From the NCBI GenBank assembly GCA_008636045.1, contig SNRW01000010.1, positions 1-48,301 on the forward strand: a DNA stretch of 48,301 bases. The letters are read 5' to 3'. The translations under genes and the position numbers were made by a program. Of the stretch, positions 40,610-48,301 are shown piece after piece; positions within the stretch are counted from its first letter, which is position 1, and each line of letters starts with the position of its first letter. This stretch comes from Streblomastix strix (taxonomy: Eukaryota). The notes below the pieces were generated by a model. The model ran no database searches, was not told where the DNA came from, and saw only the letters and a list, made by a program, of their open reading frames with translations.

Positions 40610-42512
40610 AAAAGAGAGACACTCAAGTATGAAACCTTTAATGATTGGGCTAACATGATACATTTAGCGAGTCTAAGAGAAATTTTAGATAGCTAGAATG
40701 TCGATATTGAGTTACCGTATCTAGAGTACCTTGAAAAGAAAAAAAGGCGAGAATTTGGTTGGTAAATCACAGAAGAAGGAACCATTGATAAAATGAATGA
40801 TGAAATTGCATAAGCGTGTATTGATGGATCGAAAAATCTTGAAATACATAACTATCCTTAACCAAATAATATGGAAGTATCACTATTAAGTGTATTCAGT
40901 GGATTATAATGAAACACTAATGAATCGATTAGAGCTGAAGGAATGAAAAATATACGTAAATTTAACATGCTAAATGTAAATGCTGAAAAGAACTATGGAT
41001 TAGTTGCATCTAATTGTGAACGAAAGCCTAATCCCTGGATCCTAACAAAATCTTAAGATACCACAACAAAAATTTCTATGAATAGATAATTAAACCATTA
41101 TTGAAACAGAATTATGAAGTGAAAAAATAATAGAAAATATCTGATACAGTGCAATAAATGGAGAAGCATGAGATTGATTTAAAAGATCCGTTCACATTAA
41201 TAAATATATCTAGCAAAGCTTTAAATGAAAAATATAAAAATAAATTAGAAAAAGATGCTTAAGATTTATTGAATGTAATTAAAGTTATATTTTGCTAAAA
41301 TTGTTGATGTTTCATCATTAAAAGATACGATTGCATCGCTGGAAAAAATACTATAAAATATAAATTAAAGACAGCAATCTATAATTAGTTACGTTCAATT
41401 AGACTTTAGTAAGATGGAAAGAAGCATATCACAGCAATTGATTCATTAGAATAATATCATTCGTTATTTGAGAAGATTAGTATGAAATTCATTAGTATCA
41501 ATGAAAGTATATTCAGTATATTCTAAGGATTCAGATATATGCAATTAAAGGAAGTGATTTAAACAAAAATAGAACAATTTCTAGGATTAGTCAAAGACAC
41601 TATTGCAGCGAATTATGAATTGATTTATGAATATTTATTAAATTGGTTATCATTCATTATATAGAATATTGGAAAAAAGACTGAAACTTCAATTATTCTT
41701 CAAGGATTACAAGGTATTGGAAAGAATGTATTCACTAACGTATTATGTAAACTGTTTGCAGAATATTCGTCGAAGAACATTACTGATATAGATGATTTTG
41801 TTGGAAAGTTTAAAACTTCTATCGTGAATAAGATGTTGGCAATTGCTAATGAAATAAAGAATTTTAGGGAATCGGGAATGTCCAATATGCATGCACAGAA
41901 ATCAATAAATACTGAAAGTTCATTCGTAATTAATGAGAAATATGTTCCTAAGCATGAAGTTGAGAATATAGTTAATATAATAGCTGTTACAAATATTATC
42001 TTTCTATTAAAAATAGAGAATAATGATAGACGCTATGTTATATACAAATGTAATTCGGTTCATCGAGGAGATCTAGCTTACTTCATTAACCTTTGCAATA
42101 TTTTTGATGAAAATTTTTATAATAACTTATTCACATTCTTTATGACTAGAGATATTTCTTAATTCAATCCAAGAAATATTTCAATGACATAAACGAAAAA
42201 AATATAATAAAAGTATCAATTTCTCCAGTAGACGATGTAAATATCAGTCATTTGAAACCATTTAAAGATGGAGTTGCATGCAATATTGCTGAAAGATGGA
42301 AACTATAAGATATGAAATTAAAGAATAATTAATTAGCGATCAAAAATATACGTGAAAGTATATAAAAATAGGTTGATGAAGTACGCATACTGATGCATTA
42401 ATTAAAATAAGAAATGATATCAATCCATGAAAATATACTAAATGAAGAATTTGATGAGATTAAAGAATAAGTTGAGTAAGAGATATAGAATGATGGTAAT
42501 GAATATATATGA
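40610..42512 (+). pseudogene. D5-like/SF3 primase-helicase of a Polinton/Maverick-type virus, 5'-truncated and frameshifted
   Basis: YEYLLNWLSFIIQNIGKKTETSIILQGLQGIGKNVF (Walker A, ~41690-41735), MLAIANE (Walker B), INEKYVP, KIENNDRRY. Confidence 0.88.
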
Positions 42513-42520
42513 AATTAATG

Positions 42521-43325
42521 AAATTTATTTTTGTTCGAGAATCGTGGAGAATTAATGTGACATGATCAAGTGCACCGAGTCAAACGAGTGCACCAAGTGT
42601 ATGACACTCTATATTGAGATACTGCCATTGCCATATTGCCATTAATGTTTTGTATTGATGGCAATATATTTTTGTTCCTGAATCATGAAGAATTAATGCA
42701 AAACTAATAGAATTTATTTTTGTTCGGGAATCGTGGAGAATTAATGTGAAATTAACTGGTGAACCGAGTTAACCGAGTGCACAGAGTGTAAGACTCTCTA
42801 TATTGAGATATTGCCATTGTCTGATTGCTATTAATGTTTTACTAAATATATAATACTTTTTTTTATTAAAATATAAATGATACAAAGAAAGATGAGATAT
42901 ATTAAATTATTAAAAGTCATGAAGATGAATTCTTAAAAGGAAGAATATTCTTATAAGTTATGAATCTTTAACCAAGAGATATGCAATTAAACGAATTTGC
43001 TACAGTAACGTTTAACAAACTAGATGGAAGATTCTTAACTGAGAGTGGTGAAACATCAGCTAAATCAAGATACTATTAGAAGAAAGATGATAAATGAATT
43101 ATTTTTGTAACTAATTATGTGCGTTAATGATAATATGTACTAATGAGAATTGACAAGTTAAAATATATATGGCATTATGGTTATGGCAAGACCTCAGATT
43201 GGAGTATCATAGATTTGATGCACTCGGTTGACTCGGTGCACTAGTTTATTTTACATTAATTCTTCATGATTCTAACACACAGAAATGCCATACATTTTTC
43301 AACTCGGTTCACTCGGTGCACTTGG
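42521..43325. repeat. Dispersed ~130-bp repeat family with a GTGCACCGAGT core, in direct and inverted orientation
   Basis: Direct copies at ~42521-42650 and ~42711-42840, a partial copy at ~42667-42700, an inverted partial copy at ~43217-43272, and an extra inverted core at 43301-43325. Confidence 0.85.
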
Positions 43326-43388
43326 ACAAATAACCCCATTTACACATAAACCATTAACGCACACACATTAATTCAAAAAAAAATATAT

Positions 43389-43793
43389 TCACTAGTAATA
43401 TTGATCAATTATATCACTAATTTAAAGTAAATCCTGTACGTTAGTTATGATAGTTTTCTGAAGACGTCGAATAAAGAGGAGTTATAAATCGTTGGCAGAT
43501 GCTCGGAATTCCTATCGCTGAATTCTATATTTTTATTGGGCACGGGAACGTTACTCTGCAGCAATGCGTTCGGCTTCTTCTTGTGAGCTATAATTTTTAG
43601 GTCTACCTCCTGATTCTGTTTTCTCCTATTCATGTTAAGTTTACGTTAAAGGAGTATTAATAATTGGAGTCTGATCGATTAAACGAGTATGAAGGACTTC
43701 ATCAATATGACTGGATTATGTTTTAACTAACTAAGGAACTGGTTTCTTTGAAAATATTTTACAGATTTGTTTTGTTTGACTGATTAAATGCAT
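43389..43793 (-). CDS. Small basic putative DNA-binding viral protein (134 aa)
   Basis: Open TAR=Gln frame from ATG 43793 to TGA 43389 containing GGRPKNYSSQEEAERIAAEQRSRAQQKYR (GRP motif followed by a basic helix). Confidence 0.55.
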
Positions 43794-43819
43794 TTGATTT
43801 TTATAAAAATTCTCAATTA

Positions 43820-44978
43820 CTTATATAAAATTAACTTTTATAATTAGCTGGTAACGAATTTATATCATCACTAATGAATTTGCAATAATATATAGGCAAT
43901 TCAACTTAGCTATTTGGACCATTTGATCTTAGTAATTTAAATATCATATTACCATTCTTATAGGTGATGACGGTTGCTAATTCATTGATATTTCTTCTTA
44001 TTTTTGAAGTTTTAATTTTAGTTATTCTATAGTCTAGATGTATCATAATTATATTTCTAGTGTTGAATTCAAATAGATGCTTTGACTATTATTAATGTTT
44101 AATTATATCCAATTATTTCAACTAATATCGTAAGAACTGGCCCTCTAAATCACTAGATTAATGAACCTATTACGGAGTATATTTATTGTTAAATGCTACT
44201 TGCTTATTGTTATTGTATATCATTACCATTTATTATATTAAATTATTATTAGCCATTGAGTTACTATCCTCTCCAAACCCATCTCTAATCATTCTAATGA
44301 CTCTATCCACTAGTCGATTATGCTATGTATATGGTGATGAATTGAAGTTTAAAGACATATTATTATCTGAACAGAATTTATTAATCACATTACCTGTCAA
44401 TCCTTTCTCGCCATCCGATCTAATATTATTAACGTATTATGAATTAATTAATTTATTTAAAGCATTCTTTAATTGTGCAGCTGATTTATCAATTATAGAT
44501 ATTACGACTAGATACGTTGTATTAATATTAATTGCAAATAGGTATATCTATTCTCTATGTTTGATTGTATCGTACGAGAATGCAAGGTCAATTTCATATG
44601 ATCCTGACTTCGGACTAAAGTATGGCCTTTGAAGTCTCCTTAATGGTTTCAATTAATAATCTTATATTTAATTTTATGATGCTTATCTACTCTTTGTTCT
44701 ATATGGATTAGTGATAAAACGTTACTCTTCGCTTGCTTAGCCTTTGGCTGAGGACGTTTGGGTAATAACTAACGCTTTGGGACATTGTATTTCTATGTTT
44801 CTGTTCTATAAATCTAATACCACTATTCTATAAATTTACTACCATATCTAATTAGATCTGCATTATCTATAAATTCTTATGTTTCATCCTTGCTTCTAGT
44901 TATGTGCATATTTCTAATGAATACAGGTAATGTCATCGGTTAAAGATTCTGAGCAAGGTATTCAATATTTAGAATCAT
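43820..44978 (-). pseudogene. Retroviral-type (rve) integrase of a Polinton/Maverick, frameshifted
   Basis: RPYFSPKSGSYEIDL, YLFAININT.YL, NNIRSDGEKG, HNRLVDRVIRMIRD, MVMIYNN…KYTP. Confidence 0.88.
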
Positions 44979-45037
44979 TCTCTAATCAATATCATCAATC
45001 CTCTAGTTTATTTTATATTCAAAAATAATTATAAATA

Positions 45038-45670
45038 TCAGTGACAGATCTTGCTCTCATAAGCATCTTTGTTAGCTGCCTCCCAAATAGTCTTAAAGAT
45101 AGCGTGCCAATCAATATGAAGCTATTCAAGAGCATCAATGGCAACAGTAATATTTGCAATCATTGATTCAAAGATAGGCATTTCTATATTGCAAAATTAA
45201 ATCAATCATAACGTTTTAATAAACTCTTCTAATTAATTTATTTAATTGTCTCGTATTTCTCTATATTCTTCGCAAGCATTATGAAGCTTATTTTCGACAC
45301 TACACTCAGAGTTCATCCAATGAATATCATCTTATATTCTTTCCTTAAGTGACATTCGCATTTCAAACGCAATATCATTATGCGCTTCTTCGAAACATAC
45401 TAGATCCTTTTTATTATTTATTTTCGGTAATTGACCTGCTTGTCTTAAAAAGAATGCTTAATCATCGAAACATTCTGGCTTCTTGTTATTAGTTCTATAA
45501 GGGAATACACCTGCATATTTTACATCTAATTTTGCATCACATCTATCCATTCCATTAAGTATCCTTTATAAATCCATCGATAACTTACATAGAGCATTTG
45601 TTTTTTGCATCGATTGTATACATTATTCAAGACAATTAACGGTTTCGTTTCGTTTTTCTTCGTTTCTCAT
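45038..45670 (-). CDS. Hypothetical viral protein (~210 aa) between pPolB and the integrase
   Basis: ATG 45670 to TGA 45038, intronless, with one internal in-frame TGA at 45206-45208. Confidence 0.5.
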
Positions 45671-45694
45671 TTAGATAAAGTAAAAATAATATAA

Positions 45695-48301
45695 TTACTA
45701 TTTAATAAAATATCTATCTGCACCAATGTTTCTGATGAACGGTAAGCACGATTGATTCGATAATACTAGCATCTTAGTCAACGAGCCTGATATACCATTC
45801 TTTGTCATTGATAATTTGCTCATAATCTTATTCGTCTACGCTAATATTGTGTTAGTAACCTTCATCACTGTACCTGATTTAATATTATCTACGAATGTCT
45901 GTTCATTAATCTATGGATTTTATCGTTGTATGACACCTTTCGCTACTAGTGACACTTCACCGCATTCATCATTTATGATATAATTCTTAGGGCTTAATGC
46001 AATATAATTTAATCCTTGTTTTTCTATATGAACTCCCAATATCTTCCTCTAGTTATATTCACTGAAGAACAATCCTTTATTTTTATTGTAGAATTCAATA
46101 TCTTTAATTATTGTATCAAATTTTTATTACGGATCTCTATTTTTATCACTGCTTATTGCTAATGTCAAGCTATCAGTATTCAATTACACAATGTGCATCC
46201 TCGTTTAATCGAATGCTTTATATAAAAAATTATATATGAAATTAATATAGAAATATTTAGCAGAATCTAATGTGAAGTATCCTACTTACAAACAGTTATT
46301 ACACCTACAATATTCAGAATCTATTTATACAGCATGTAAGTTATCTGTAATTTCTGTATCATGATAATGTGATTAAAATAAATGGGATTAGAATGTATGA
46401 TCACCATCATATAATCTTATATTACTAAATTTTTCACTATTTAATATATCTCCTCCAAAAACAGAATTCAAAATGAGTTTACAGAAGATTGCAAGTCCAT
46501 CATTCTTCTATGATTTAGCATCTGCACGCTACTGCAGAAAATCTTTAATGAATCCATTAAATTTATCATGTTTACTGAATGTAGTTACTGATTTAATTTC
46601 GTCTATAATAAAATGAAAATAATCAATTTATAGCCACAAATAATAGTTGTTGAATGACATTATTTCAATATGTGTATCAACTAAATTTGGTAACTTTCTT
46701 TCTATTTTATCTCATGGTAATTTGTTATCATCTAAGTGTTTATACATATATTTCCCAATAGTTTCTTCATTTGTCATTATATTAATATTTCTTATAATTG
46801 AACCAAAATTAATGCAATAATTAATATAATTCTCATCAATATGACCTCGCACTTATGCTATGAATAATAGTATAGATTAGCATATTTATTCGTCTTCTGT
46901 AAATCTATTTTAATTGTATATTATCTCATTACATCTATGTTAATCAACTATATATTCAAGCACTTATCCACACACATATATCTTATGACAAGTGTACTGT
47001 ATAAATGGATGCGTTTATGAACTCATTATTGATGCGTATTAATTATCAAAATCTAACTAAATCGCATGCGTCATAACATGTTCTGAGTCAATTGAATACA
47101 CTTTTTTATCCTTATATTCTAGATGATTTATCCTTGTTTCTCCTGCTACATTATATTTATGCAATACATTACTCAATCCTCCAGTAATATCTTTTCTAAT
47201 TATTTAGTATACATCCTAGTTCGTTAATGTCATTGGTAACTGTTTCAGTAAGCTATATTTCCTTAGATATATCTTTAGTTTCATTTATTTTTCGTCTCTA
47301 TTACCCTTATACTTATTGCAGTACAAACAACATGGGAGTACATTGTCTTTCGAATGACCCAATTCATTATTGATTCTATCTAAAGTAGGACGATTTTTTC
47401 AAGTGAACTTACAATTACAGATATAGCATCGTTATTTTTCGAATAATTCTTTAAAATATTCATAATCACCAATCGTTACATTTTAACTTGAATCTCTATT
47501 CTTTTTCTAAACTTATTCAATATAGCTCTCAACTTTAGCAGTCCAATAAGGCATTGTTATATTAATAGGTTTATCTGTATCTTCTGTATTGTAGTTTCCA
47601 TTCATTGTAAAATCATCATATGCACTGGAATATTTGAAAGCATTAGCGCATTAAGACATACTAAACATAGCTAGCATATCTATCTTATATTTGAACATCA
47701 TTTTGATTAAATTATCTATAGGTTCAATCATAATACGAGTATCTTATATATTATTGGACCTTGCTTAATCCCATCTAGTTGTGAGCTTCGCTGCTTCGAC
47801 CAGACACTCTTAATACTTCGCTTCAATAATTGATTTGTTCCTTAATTTATTATCGAAAGCTTCTCTAGGAAATGGTTCTGATTTATACAATTCGATTGCG
47901 TAGTTATTAATGTTGATATATTCATATGGAAATCTGCCTTTTTGCATAGTTTCACCGCCTATGTCTCGAACAAACTTCTTAAGAGTCATCTTTGAACAAT
48001 AAATCAATGCATCAACGAATCTCAGCTATATATGAGTATCTTTATGCCGAACTATTATCTATTTAGCAACGGTTCCACTACCTATATGTTTAATGATTTT
48101 ACAATTCTTTGATTTCAAATTCTTAAACACTAATGATACATCAAACTTAGCTGAATTGAATCCAATCACTGGCACTTCAAAATGTTGTGGGATACTTTCA
48201 TCTTCATACTTATTATCCTTCTTAATTTACTTCGCTTCTTCGAAGACCTAGTCTAACCATTAATCCAAAAAATCAGCTTATCGAATATCTTTGCAGAATG
48301 A
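45695..48301 (-). pseudogene. Protein-primed family B DNA polymerase (pPolB), 5' end outside the window, catalytic motifs decayed
   Basis: Exo II GFNSAKFD (~48140-48163), KGRFPYEY, ITGGLSNV, motif A LDFDNQYAS, motif B CKLILNSVFG, motif C LNTDS, ALSPKNY. Confidence 0.92.

Noticed and set aside
44186..44632. 148-aa plus-strand ORF in the supplied track
   Set aside because: It is the antisense shadow of the integrase core.

Overview
Very AT-rich eukaryotic (protist) DNA with short GT-AG introns and a non-standard code in which TAA/TAG read as Gln. The supplied standard-code ORF track therefore shows only fragments of much longer genes. The code, intron style and gene families fit an oxymonad such as Streblomastix, but that assignment is inference. 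Five host genes are present: a huge DDB1-family beta-propeller gene (<1-7738), a small ubiquitin-like protein, a Derlin-like membrane protein, a nine-module ARM/HEAT-like protein, and a ~2,600-aa beta-helix type I surface protein. Two decayed Polinton/Maverick-type endogenous virus blocks use the same code. Block A (~20.3-27.3 kb) has an A32-like ATPase, KilA-N and probable capsid genes. Block B (~40.6 kb to the window end) has a D5-like helicase, an rve integrase and pPolB. Also present are Tc1, DD41D and MULE transposase relics, two copies of a ~392-bp MITE, and a ~208-bp hairpin. The most notable observation is that three otherwise intact host genes contain isolated in-frame TGA codons while TGA also terminates genes. 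This suggests all three stop codons may be readable as sense. All translations and family assignments were made by eye.
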